A stretch of 64,000 bases of DNA from contig CDRNVI010000008.1 of the NCBI GenBank assembly GCA_977017575.1, positions 186,001-250,000 on the forward strand, written 5' to 3'. Made by a program: the position numbers and the translations under genes. Every line of letters starts with the position of its first letter. Position 1 is the first letter of the stretch. The stretch comes from Paramoeba atlantica (Eukaryota > Protista > Discosea). Below, piece after piece: positions 42,557 to 54,608 of the stretch. The notes beneath the pieces were generated by a model. That model searched no databases and was not told where the DNA came from. It worked only from the letters and a program-made list of their open reading frames with translations.

Positions 42557-43369
42557 GTGTAACTTTGAGGTCAAAACTCGGTTGCGTTTAAGTGGTGGGA
42601 TGTAATTGGAGAGCCTGCAGACGATCACAATGGAAAACTATCTCCAGGTGTCTCCAGACATTTCCAAGTTTTTTTGGTCCCTTTTTATTTTGTTTTTACT
42701 TCTTGTCAACTTTCGAGATGATCAACCCAGAGTTTTACTTAGCAAGCTCAATACACCAGGCGAAGAAAGGTCAACCTTCTTCGAAAAACTTAGCGCAGGA
42801 AGAGTGGTGAGTATGTAGTTAGTATCTGTAGGTATGTGTGAGTTTCTGTAAATTTCTGTGAGTCACTGTGAGCTGCTGTGAGTATCTGTGAGTAGCTGTG
42901 GGTATTTTTTTTCCTCGGAAGAGCCTGAAAGACGAGAAGAGGCCCTCAAAAGATCGGTGGTTAAGGAGGTTAGCATGTCCATGCTTTCGAAACAGTAAAA
43001 GTAACAAAAGGTTTGGTCCAAAAGCAATTTAAACATAGTGCAATTGAAATAGCAAACGGACTGCGCCCCAAAAAGAAGGGTAATGAAAAGAAGCGGTAAT
43101 GAAATGTTGTTAAATGGATATGCAGTATGATGTCGAGAAATAAGCTTTATTTATTTATTTATAGCTACTGAGTATTATTTTCCACGTTTCTTTTCCTGGA
43201 GAAGTACGTAGGTATAGTTGACTGAAACTCCGCGCAAAGACTCCGCGTCGTAGGATTTGGGTACTTTGATGACATGGCCTTGTGCTCCTTGAACTTCTTC
43301 ACCAACAATGCTTTCCCAGCTTCTTTAATAGGTTTTCACTTACCCTTTTCTCGATGACGAAGGAACATT

Positions 43370-44807
43370 TCAACATTCTGAACGATAAGGCAAGAACCAA
43401 ATGCATAGAATAGAGTACAGTTCAGATCTTTGTTCCAATGTTCCAAAGGCTGTCCATCGGCCTACCCCATTTGAACTACTGAAAAGGTGCTCTACCCTCG
43501 ACCGGTAATGGGCGACCATCTCATTGAATTCGAGTTTTTTGTCAGCTTCATCTTCGTAATCTTGCTCTGTTTGACCAAGAAGCCTCTTTAATGGCCATAT
43601 TTGGGTCTTAGTAAAAGGGAGGATCACTTCTGAGCACCCTTTGAATCCGCCGTCGGCGAGGCACCTTATTTTATGAATTTTAAGAATATCTGTGATCTTC
43701 GTGTGCTCAAGAATGTTGTTGTCAGGAGTGGAACCGGTACAAAGATTTTCGGGGAAGAAACACACATATCCTGAGAATGTGCCCCCACTGCGGCTTTCAC
43801 GACATGATCTGCATACTTGGGCTGAAAACACCTATCCGCGGATCTCACATAAATTGGAACGGTGTCAAGGGCGAGAACATCTTTAGAAAAAAAGTCATCC
43901 GTTGTATTCGCTTCATGTAAGAGAATATCGTCTCGAAAAACTAACCAATTGCCTTGTATCTCACGGTACAACGTTTCAAAAAATTCAGGAATTTTTGCCC
44001 TGCAAGTGCTTTCAGACCAACCGCGTCCAAATTTTGCGGTTAAGTGGTCTGCAACAGTGTCATAGTGCCCCCCTGTGCGGAGAAACAAAAATGAGGTAAA
44101 AATTAACTCTTCATCGTAACCAATTTTTCGCAAGTAGTCGTATCTATATAGTAGTCGTATCTATTTTCTGCGCCGCTGAAAATGGCCTTAGCCAAATACA
44201 AACGATCACGACGGATTGTATATCCTTCAAGCAGGTCTCCAATCTGATCATGGATCATAGCAATTCGCTCTTCCCTTTTCTCCTTAACACTCTTGGCAGC
44301 AGTTCCCTTGTAGGTTGTCCAAATGCGGCGCATCGTCTTTGATAGAACGGGGACGTCTGCAGAGGGAAGCTCACGACGGAAATATTCGGCTACGGAAGTT
44401 GCCGCACGGCGATACACTTTCGACTTTCCCACAGTAAAGCTTCGCTGTATAATGCAAAGTACTTGGGCCACAAGTGCGAATGTCAACTTCCGTTGGCATA
44501 TTGTCCACCCTTCGTAGACACAGCATGCTTCCTGGACTCTCTTTTGGTCCAACCCACGCTTGGCACACTTTGCCACAACTTCAGGACCCAAGGTTTGATG
44601 ATCTTGCGGCTTATTGCAAGAGGGGCAAATGTTGCAGCCAACAGGCACGCAAAACTCGGAGCAGTGGCCGCACATTTCAAGTGAGGTGCATTCCTCATTA
44701 GTGTGCTTGTTGCCGTAATCAAGGCAAGAGGAAGGAGTCCGAGCACGGAACTGGGTAACCTTATCGCAGTGACAACAGTGCAAACGCACATAAAGTTCAG
44801 CCATCAC
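43370..44807 (-). mobile_element. PIF/Harbinger-IS5/ISL2EU-like transposase pseudogene (frameshifted) with a Cys-rich N-terminus
   Basis: Three overlapping ORFs join up: CxxC-rich region, HTH (FLFLRTG...FGRGWSESTC) and DDE motifs ALDTVPIYV, LADGGF, RSRVEHLF. 10-bp-period CTGTGAG tracts flank it at ~42835-42905 and ~44990-45035. Confidence 0.75.
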
Positions 44808-46659
44808 TTATGATTAAGAAAAACTTCTAGAAAAACGTTTAGCAGAAGATAAACTCTATTCCTATACTAAATGACGTGAGAACACAAGGTCTACAACACT
44901 GAGTATAAATCTGCTTTACCATTTTTATTTCTGTCAAAAAAAAACGAAAAACAAAAACCAAAAGTCACAAAGGAATAGCAAAAACTTTGAGTACCTGTAG
45001 ATTTCTGTGAATCGCTGTGAGTCGCTGTGAGTATTTTTTTGCGACGAAAAATGGCGATCTAGAGACTCACCAGTGTGTGTTGCATTTTGACAGAACTCGA
45101 GGCGCATGCAAAATTTCCGTCAAGTCTTCGACAAAATAAGGGCGCAAGCCGCCCCAGTGTACGTAGCCCTTGTTTCTAGTGTGTCCCGCGCTGTTGAAGA
45201 ACAATCTTCCCAGAAATCTACATCCCTAAGTGGGGGGCCTTTAAAATTTTCGCTACCTGGGTAAACCACTGGATGAAGCAAAATAATGTTAGCGCCCGCC
45301 ACGCTACAAGGTCGTTAGGGTCATCTCCAAGGACGTACTCTGTCTCTCATTGATTTTTATAAATAACAAGTCAGAAGTTTCAAAGACAATTTAATAAATT
45401 TTATAAAATTGCGAAATTTATAAATTTTTTAAATATCGGTGACGCACTTTTTAACGTACCGGTCGAGCGGAAAATTTGGTCCACTTTTATTTGGCCCCAA
45501 CAAATTTGGTCCACATAAATTTTGGTCCGACTTTATTTTTCCTTCGGCGGCGGTCCAAAATACTTTTTGACTTTATTGTCAGTCGTTTTTAAAGTTTACT
45601 AAATTTAGAACTCGTCATTAGAAATTTTTGCTTCTTTCAATCGACACTTCGTTTTTTAGTCTTCGTGTAATGTCTCAGTCTGTTGAATGGGTGCAGAAAA
45701 TCTTTGATCAAGATATTACTCTACGCACGTAGGGTCATCACTATAACACATATAGTGAGGCTGAAGTTAGACCAATTTGAGAATTGTGTGTGACACGAAA
45801 GGTTGCAAGTGTTGTGAGCTACTGGAATAGCACGCAAAGCAAAAACAATCTAAAAGTACGGTCCTTCATTTTCTGGAAAACGAAAAATATAATAACGATA
45901 TCAAGCCTCGAGGGAGGCCAAGAAAATATATCTTTTTTATTTCAATGCAGGAAAAATTTGGCCCCAACAATTTTGGTCCACATAAATATTGGTCCGACTT
46001 TTTTTTCGAGCTCGAAGGACCAAATTAAAAAAATGTCAAATTTTTTGCTCGATCGGTAATTAAAATGTGCGTTTTTTTAATTAACGTAGCATATTAATTA
46101 ACGTAACAATTAATTTTGGTAAAAAAATGGTAAAAAAATCTGTTCTACTTGGGGTCGGCCTAGAAAGGGCCATGTCTCTCTTACTGGGAGGTCTCTTACT
46201 GTTGGTTCTCCGGTATCTTTGGAAAGCATTCTCATTGATTTTTATAAACCCCGTTCCGGTTTAATGTACCTGTAGATCGCTATTGGAGCCCCTGCAACTT
46301 GGCGTCTTTTTTGGGTCCACTCGGGGTCACGGTGGGTCACTAGGGGCCGTGGTGGTCCCCTAGTGACCACTGCTACTTGTCCTTGTTGATCATTTTGTAT
46401 GTATGTAATTATTGAGGGAGATACGGAGTATCTAACTCGCTTACTAAGGTTAATTCCAAAAACTGAAAAAGATCCCCAAAGAAGCATAAGACTGAGTTTT
46501 TTCAAAATTCCAAAACGTAGCAGTAGGTCATTAGATGAACTCTTAAATACTCTAGAAATCATCTAAAACAACCTTATTTCCCAAATTTTAGAACATTTTT
46601 CGTAAACAAAAGTGCGTGTGCAAAGGTCTGCGATACGACAAACTGGTTGACTAAGGAGC

Positions 46660-46740
46660 GTCCTTTGAGTAGTCCAGTTGGTAAAGGGGTTCCATTTTGA
46701 CGCTGAACGTCCGCGGTTCGATTCCCGACATTGACATTTT
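46660..46740 (+). pseudogene. Degenerate tRNA-like sequence
   Basis: TAGTCCAGTTGGTAA A-box, GGTTCGATTCC B-box at 46715-46725, then ACATTTTT; same layout as 9236-9315. Confidence 0.55.
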
Positions 46741-46839
46741 ACTAAAAAAATCGAAAAAAAAATTATTTGCTCAAGATCGCCAAAAAAAACAAATTCGGAA
46801 CAATTCTTTTTTTTCAGATTTTTTTTTCTCGTGCATACG

Positions 46840-47228
46840 TGTACACGTGGCACTTACTCTTTCGTGGCAGTGGTGTACTGCCACGTGAGGCAGTGAACGC
46901 AGTGTAGATGCAGTGTAAGTGCACTGCCACGTGAGGCAGTGACTGCAGTGCAGCTGCATCACGTACGTGAAAGAGTAACTGTACTGCCACGTGAGGCAGT
47001 GAACGCAGTGTAGATGCAGTGGCACGTGCGAGAGTAAGTGTACTGCCACGTGAGGCAGTGAACGCAGTGTAGATGCAGTGGCGCGTGAGAGAGTCAGTGA
47101 CTGCAGTGCAGATGCAGTATAAGTGCACTGCCACGTGAGGCAGTGACTGCAGTGCAGCTGCATCACGTACGTGAAAGAGTAAGTGTGCGGCCACGTGAGG
47201 CAGTGAACGCAGTGGTGCGTGAGAGAGT
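46840..47228. repeat. 59-bp minisatellite, left part
   Basis: Unit AGTAAGTGTACTGCCACGTGAGGCAGTGAACGCAGTGTAGATGCAGTGGCACGTGAGAG with variants; a short inverted fragment sits at the left edge. Confidence 0.92.
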
Positions 47229-48670
47229 TGTGGATTGTCATACTCAGTGCAACACCTTTTTGTCATACTCAGTGCAACAAAAATGAGAAAAATATGGGTG
47301 TGTTCCGGATGTCAGGATTTTCGCATACTCAGTGCAACACTGTTTTTTCGGTCGGACAGCACCACGAACGGACACGGGATTGTATGAGCCATGTTAAGAA
47401 AGAAACAATGGATTAAGGAAAAAAAATTATATAAGGAGAAGAAAAAAGGAGTACCTGGATAATCGATATTGACGGAACAACATAACGCGTTTCTTTAGTA
47501 AAGAGATAAACTTTTTACCTTTACTACTTTACAACTTACGGCTATACAACTTACTGCTTTCATGTATAGTACCGTCTCTTTATAGTAAAATTTGGCCTTC
47601 CAAGGTCTTTGGGGAGACCCATTTCAAGCACTTTCGTGGCCGTTTCTTCAGTTTGTTGGCCGTCTTACTAACTTCGCGCTGTGTCAACCCCTCAAAAGTA
47701 TCTGACTTGGTGTGATACTACCGGACCAGACCATTCATGTTTTCAACGGCCCCCTTTTCCCATGAGTGGTAAGGATGACAAAAGTAAGATTTGCATCCTA
47801 ACTTCCTGTTGATGGCTTCATAATTGGTGTTTTCAGTTCCATTGTCATACGTTATGGTATGCACTTTGTATTTCTTTAAGGCTTTCAGCACCTGTGTTTC
47901 AACTTGTTTTGACTGCTTGGATTGAAATACACGGACAACAAACCTTTCTTTCGTTCACAAAGGGTCAGGATGAAATACCCACTTTTCTTTGCTCCCTCAA
48001 TTAAATCGGCCTCCCAATCACCATACCGACGTCGTGTGTTTACTATTTGGGGACGATGATCGATAGAAACCCGGTTTGGAATGGTACTTCGACCATGAAT
48101 GCGTCGAACATAAGGCCGCCTTCCGCGGATCCGTAGGCACCTATGAATCTTCCCCCCATTGTCTTTGTCTCGACGAACAAATCGATAGATTGTGGAGGTG
48201 GATGGTGAACCTTGTGAGCCGACAACAAGTGTATTAGCAACCTGCTCCGGGCTGTGAAGCTTTCGGAGACGGGTCTTTACACTTTTTTCAAGACTGGCTC
48301 GAATTAGACGTGGTCTGGTCCCTTTATTAACCAGTCGTCTCTTGGCAACACGATGGGCACGTCTGGAACGATATTGCCCACCTCTTTTCCTGTTGCGTGC
48401 CAGCTCACGACATACCGCACTTGGTGACTTATCAATCGATCGGGCAATTTCCCTCTTCGTGGCGCCACTTTCAAACATCGTTTGAATATCTTTGCGATTG
48501 TTTTCAGATAATCTTCTGTACTTTGGCATGAATGAACTCAATTATGTAGAAATTAGTATATGAAGTGTACTATGTAGAAATTAACCTTTTGTTGCGCTGA
48601 GTATGACAATTATTATTATTTTGTTGCACTGAGTAATGACAATTTGTTGCACTGACATTGACAATCCACC
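47229..48670 (-). mobile_element. IS30-family insertion element, 1442 bp
   Basis: 26-bp IRs matching 22/26 (TGTGGATTGTCATACTCAGTGCAACA and GGTGGATTGTCAATGTCAGTGCAACA), 3-bp direct repeat AGT at 47226-47228 and 48671-48673, extra internal CTCAGTGCAACA-type copies near both ends. Confidence 0.92.
47580..48541 (-). pseudogene. IS30 transposase with a frameshift near 47945 and an in-frame TAG at 47718-47720
   Basis: HTH (EIARSIDKSPSAVCRELARN), HSPEQVA, GDWEADLIEG, LCERK; then in the next frame RFVV...TITYDNGTE...YFCHPYHSWEKGAVENMNGLVR*...RPRKCL. Confidence 0.92.
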
Positions 48671-49430
48671 AGTAAGTGACTGCAGTGTAGCTGCAGTGGC
48701 ACGTGCGAGAATAAGTGCACTTCCACGTGAGGCAGTGAACGCAGTGTAGATGCAGTGGCGCGTGAGAGAGTAAGTGTACTGCCACGGGAGGAAGTGAATG
48801 TATTGATGTAGTGCAGCTGCAGTGGCACGTGCGAGAGTAAGTGCACTACCACTGTAAGTACAGTGGTACGTGAAAGAGTAAGTGTACTGCCACGTGAGGC
48901 AGTGAACGCAGTGTAGATGCAGTGGCACGTGAGAGAGTAAGTGTACTTCCACGTGAGGCAGTGAACGCAGTGCAGATGCAGTGGCGCGTGAGAGAGTCAG
49001 TGACTGCAGTGCGAGAGTAAGTGTACTGCCACGTGAGGCAGTGAACGCAGTGTAGATGCAGTGGCACGTGAGAGAGTAAGTGTACTTCCACGTGAGGCAG
49101 TGAACGCAGTGTAGATGCAGTGGCGCGTGAGAGAGTCAGTGACTGCAGTGCGAGAGTAAGTGTACTGCCACGTGAGGCAGTGAACGCAGTGTAGATGCAG
49201 TGGCACGTGAGAGAGTAAGTGTACTTCCACGTGAGGCAGTGAACGCAGTGCAGATGCAGTGGCGCGTGAGAGAGTCAGTGACTGCAGTGCGAGAGTAAGT
49301 GTACTGCCACGTGAGGAAGTGACTGCAGTAATGCAATGCAGCTACAGTGGCAAGTTCGAGAGTAATGTACTGCCACGTGAGGCGGTGACTGTATTGATGC
49401 AGTGTGTAGCTAGAGTGGAACGTGGGTGCA
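48671..49430. repeat. 59-bp minisatellite, right part, with a 139-bp higher-order repeat x3
   Basis: 59+59+21-bp blocks recur at 48901, 49040 and 49179; degenerates toward 49430. Confidence 0.92.
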
Positions 49431-49550
49431 GGTGGCTGCACATGAAACACCCACATGAGAGACCGTGCGCCACCAGTGGCTGCACTGGTGTTCCATTTAG
49501 AGAGTTTTGTTACAGATCGCCATGTTGTGGAAGGGTGGCCAGCTGGGAGA

Positions 49551-49758
49551 TAACCCAGATTGAAAGGGTCGAGGGAGATACGAAGCAACAGGCGTGGCAG
49601 ATTCCCACTGAAAAGAAATGGTATCTCCCTGCACGAAGTTTGTCTCCGAGCTAGCAAGCGCAAAGGCTTTTCTCGTGCGGGGAGATACCATTTCTTTTCA
49701 GTGGTAATCTGCCACGCCTGTTGCTTCGTATCTCCCTCGACCCTTTCAATCTGGGTTG
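49551..49758. repeat. Foldback cassette C5
   Basis: TAACCCAGATTGAAAGGGTCGAGGGAGATAC-38nt-GGTATCTCCC, with a near-perfect complementary right arm. Confidence 0.9.
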
Positions 49759-49759
49759 T

Positions 49760-50130
49760 GATGGGAAAAATATATTGTCCTCGCTGCAAGGTGGACCGCC
49801 ACGTGTCTTTGGGGGAACCTATAAGGTGTGTAATGTGTGCATGCACCATTGAAAGTGATGCAAAGGATCCTTGCATCCAATGTCAAAGGGTCTCTGTAAT
49901 CATAGGTACGAACTACTGTCCTCTATGTAATGCTCCACAGGACTCTGAACGACTTCTGCCCAGTGCCATCGACCATCTACACGCTCGTGAGCTTCAAGGG
50001 AAGCACAATTTTCGCGCTCTTGCGGATGGAGGGTTTTATGAAAGTCGCACCAATATGCTGATACTGCCTCATTCAAAGACAATTCCCGTATCAGTTGTCC
50101 AAGCAAAAACAGGACCACAAGTGCGAACAA
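49760..50130 (+). pseudogene. Internally deleted relative of the 43.4-44.8 kb transposase
   Basis: CxxC-rich ...GTNYCPLCNAPQD (compare GCNICPSCNKPQD) fused to RALADGGF...LILPHSKT. Confidence 0.65.
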
Positions 50131-50516
50131 TCTCTTTTACACTTTCATAGCTTTTTAGGTCATGTTTTCATAAAATCCATGAATTCCTTAGTGGGGTATT
50201 ATCAATGCCTAGCACCTGTCCCTCGCCGGAGGTATTTCTCGTCGGTTTTTGGGTCCACTAGGGGCCACACTGGGCCACTCGGACCCTGCATTGAGTCCAT
50301 TGTACCGGGGGTGGGGGACAATACGTGGGAACGCTTGGTTTTATTGTACACCCCCTGCGTAAAAGAGGGCCTTCTTTTGCCTTTTCACAGATTTTCTTTC
50401 TAAAAATGATTACATTTTTACCCAAATTAGCAGCGAAGACATGAAAATAGCGAAGCTCCGACTATTTTCGGGGAGAATATTTCCCGACTATTTTCGGGGA
50501 AGCTCCGAATTCGGGG

Positions 50517-50882
50517 AAGAATTCAAAGTTTGAAGCACATGGTGCTCAGACGGCGAGTTCAAACCCGCTCATCCCAATATTCCCGGCGGCCTCACTCTAA
50601 GAGGCTGGGCTGATAACCGACTAGGTCCAGTACTCGGAGGACCGTCCCGGACCCTCCCCTCAGGGAACCAGCTCCCTTACCCGGCTTACACCTCTTGGGT
50701 GAGCCGTGTTGACGTACAGTTCGTCGACGCAGCGTGTTGGCAACATCACGTTGGTGCCTTTGGACAAGCGGAAACTGGTAGAGGACGTCGGCCTCGGAAC
50801 TTCCAAATCTGTCTGTGAAGGGTCTGGCTTGCCAGTGACCATCCAGAGAGATCCGGAATGATTTGGATTTTTTTTGGATTTT
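50517..50882 (+). mobile_element. tRNA-headed SINE, 5'-truncated copy
   Basis: Near-identical to 59493-59884 from AAGAATTC onward; TTTGGATTTT tail. Confidence 0.88.
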
Positions 50883-51076
50883 GGGGAAGCTCCGACTATT
50901 TTCGTTATTTTTCGGAATTGTTATTGTACCTGTAGCTACGCATTCTACCTGTAGCTAGTTATTGTACCGGGCGGGTACATTAACCCGGACGGGGGTTTAA
51001 TTACCGGTGAAGCTTTTATTAAGAATAACATTAATTAAAGTAATTTCTGACGAGAAAAAATGTTTACTTTAATTAA

Positions 51077-51836
51077 TTCTTTTTTAGGCTCTTCGTTACA
51101 CGCGCTGGTTATTTTCAACTTAGAAGTCACTAATGCTGCGTGCTTCGCGTTGAAAACTACCACCGCGTTTAAAGAAGATCCTAAAAAAGAAAAATCGCCA
51201 AAAGATCATGAATAATCTATTTTTTTGCGTGAAAATGCGCGATTTTTAGGCGAAAATTGCGAAATTTTAACCCGAATTTGTACCATTTTTGATGCCTTAC
51301 CAGTAGGGGTGGGAAGCGAATCAGCCGAAAAAAACGTCGTTGAATGGTAGCTGAGGCCCAAAACTCTTAAAATGCGTTTTAGGAGTCGATTTTGGAAAAA
51401 TAATATCTTTACTTTCTTTTGGGTCAAAAAACTTTTTTTTTGGGTCACCCCAAAAAAATCGGACATTTTGATCTTGTCGGACCCCTCCTGCGCGTACCAG
51501 GGGGGGTACCCCCAGTGGGGGGGTGAAAAGTTATCGCCGCGGCCTACTCTATCACTTCCCTGCGCTCGATTTCGAAAAGCAAAAAATTTGAAAAAACTTT
51601 CTTGACGTATGCTCCCCCCTGGACCCCCCCTGGACCGCCCCCTGGACCCCCCCCTGGACCCCCCTCCCCTAGACCCCCCGTTTTTTTCAATTTCTTTTTT
51701 CATTTTCGGACCACCGGAGCCCCCTTTTGTATTTTCTTCTATTATATTACTGTGTTTCTCTTTATATTTTCACTGTTTTTGTTCACTTTTTTTTCAATAA
51801 TCGAGGGTAGAGCGGTACTTATACAACTACCGCAAT
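51077..51836 (+). mobile_element. Family A/B element, second full copy
   Basis: Collinear with 9621-10345 from the foldback to the terminal ...CCGCAAT. Confidence 0.85.
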
Positions 51837-52990
51837 GCTACGTTAATTAAAGTTACGTCAATTTATGTTTTTGTGGCGTAAGTAAATTTGAGATTTACTA
51901 TTTTTAAGCCCATAAGATTGAACGTAGTTTGCACACTTTTCCAAAATTTCCCAAAAGGTAACTAAACATCAACGAATTCCAAAGAAAATCAAGAATAAGC
52001 ACACTAGAAGGTTTCTGCACAAAACAATGCCCCATCCAACAAAACTCGTACCAGCGGACTTAACCTCACTTAACAGAAGACGTGTGACCATGATTTCACC
52101 CGTACCTGAGAACGTCAAAAGGTCAAAAATACTACAGTGTAGCAACGACTCTAAACTATGTATTTTGCAAGAAACAGAAACAAAAAAGAATTAAAAAATC
52201 GTTTTCTACTTTCGTGAAAAACTAAGCAAACATCGCTCAATTCCATCTAAAGCGAAATACTCCACCGCCTATGGGTGTTGTTTCCAAGGGCAACTGGTCG
52301 TATTCTTGAGACATCTTCTAGAAATTTAAAAAATGAAATTAGTAATTATTTTTCGTCATTTTTTGACCAAAATTAATTATTACGTTAATTACCGTAGAAA
52401 CTTCAATTAAGGGTAATTAAAATTAAGGCAACTTTAATTAAGGCAGCTTTAATTACACCCAAGCCAAAAATTATTATCGCTAAAATTATTGGCACAAAAA
52501 TTATTGTTTTTTTAATTAAAAGCTGTCAATTTTTGGCGAGAAACATTTTTTAATTTTTTTGGTCAATTTTTGAATTTCTCATGAGGTCTGATCTTGGCAA
52601 CCACGTTTTAGAGAAGAGTTCCATAGATTTTACACAAAAATTCAAATTTTATGAGAGGATTTGACGCGAGAGAAGCGAGATTGGCTTTATGTCAACACCC
52701 GGTCGTGAGATCATGCGAGATCACACCCGCATCCCATCATTTAATGACCACTTAATAACCTGCCCTTCGCAACGCATTTGGCAAGATTAGAGAGATGCAA
52801 ACCACCGTCCGGGTTATACCTAGGGACACTTGTGCTTCCTAAGGATAATAATTTTTTGGTGATAAGCAACTTTCTTCCCCGTAAAAATTCTTGAATCTTT
52901 TTGGGAGCAAAAAAACCCTTTCGACCTAATTTTGGGGTTTTCCGCCCCTCTACTAACAACTTCTATTGTTTGTCAATATGTACAAATTTC

Positions 52991-54064
52991 CAGGGTTCGC
53001 AGAAACTATAAAACTATCAATATAGTACTATATAGTTACTATAAACTTTTTTCGAAAACTATAAAAAACTATATTTTTTTGTTTCACATTTTAGGCACTC
53101 CGAAGCTCACCAACACTCCATAAATACACGGCGAATTCATTTGTGTACGATTTTTCTTATTTTTAAACCCGAAAATTGATGCCCGAAATTAAAGTTACGA
53201 GGGGTAGTTTCTGCAAAGATTATTTTATTGAACTGCTGCACACGGAGGGAAGTAAAAAAGCGGTTGAATGTAACTTGTGTCAGGAGGGGACGTACCCCAG
53301 TCCCATCGCGTGGCCTTGACAGATTGCCTTGTGCGAATCTTGCGTCCCGAACATCTTCTCACTGCATCGCTGTCGCCGCGCTTTGGCTGGAGCCACCGAC
53401 GTTATGTCTTGGGACTGAATAACTGCTGCTCACAATTCTATGAGTTTGAATAAATACAATCATATGAGTCTGAATAAATTACGCGGTGTGTTGTCGAGTG
53501 GAGAGTTTGTACTTCCTATCGTCACTCCTTTCGCATGCGTTTCATTGCCATTTCCGAGGAGATGACACACTAGTTGATGATATTTTTCGGCGGTGATGGA
53601 ATCGCGGGGAAGAGGGAGCATGTTTCGATAGCTATGTAACCCAGGATAAAGTGGACGAGGGAGGTTCTAAAAGCACCTTTAAACCACCACAAAAATAGAA
53701 TGATATCTCCCGGTTTGTAAAGGATTCCGACGTGCCAAAAGAATCTTTAAGGGACATACCCTTCCATTTTTATGGTGGTTTAAAGGTGCTTTTAGAACCT
53801 CCCTCGTCCACTTTAGCTTGGGTTACATTTTTTTCAGAATTTCTTGTCATATCATACGTATGTAAGCGTGTAAGAACGCATGTAAAGGCGTGTGTATGTC
53901 CTTCACAAGCGGAGAGGACTCAAAACATATCACTTGTAAAGTGAAAAAAACTTTATAGTTTTCTTATAGTTTTATAGTAAAATATAGTAAATATAGTACT
54001 ATATAGTAACTATATTCAATGAAAAAAACTATATTTTACTATATTATAGTTTCTGCGAACCCTG
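52991..54064. mobile_element. Non-autonomous hAT-type element, 1074 bp, carrying foldback cassette C2 (53635-53827)
   Basis: TIR CAGGGTTCGCAGAAACTATA at both ends; 8-bp direct repeat CAAATTTC at 52983-52990 and 54065-54072. Confidence 0.88.
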
Positions 54065-54608
54065 CAAATTTCTACGAAAATTATTGGCACAAAAATTATT
54101 GATTTTTTAATTAAAAGTTGCAGAGCTTTGCCAATAATTAAAACCTCAATAATATTAGTCGGCAGTGTAAGGCAATAATTAATTTTTTGTCATTTTGGGG
54201 AAAAAATTGGGAAAAAAAAATTTCATGATTCCGTCTCAGACTTTTCCTTTCAATGATCGTTTTAACTTTTCTCTCACACGTTGAACTGGTTGAAGACCGT
54301 AAAGTTAGGCGAAACAGGCGAAGCTCGTCTAGAAAAGTTCGAAAAACATGAAAAATGATAACAAATTGAGCACTTTTAGCAGAAATGTGATATTTATGCT
54401 ACAAACGACAATATTTAAATAAGAACTTTTTGGGCTTTTATCAGCGCCACTTTAATTAAGGCAACTTTGATTAAGGCAAAAATTAATTTTTAAATCCGTT
54501 CTGCCTTAATTACTTTTATCCTTAATAACCGTTTCCCCGGTAATCTCGAGTGCAAGATTATATTCAAATCGTTTTTTGTTGCGACATTATACAATTAACA
54601 TCAAATTA

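Noticed and set aside
42860-42880. RAG/Transib RSS heptamer (CACTGTG)
   Set aside because: A single chance match inside a CTGTGAG tandem tract, with no nonamer and no Transib ORF.
46840-49430. CRISPR array, or His/Cys-rich proteins from the many minus-strand ORFs
   Set aside because: There are no unique spacers; the ORFs are translations of the minisatellite.
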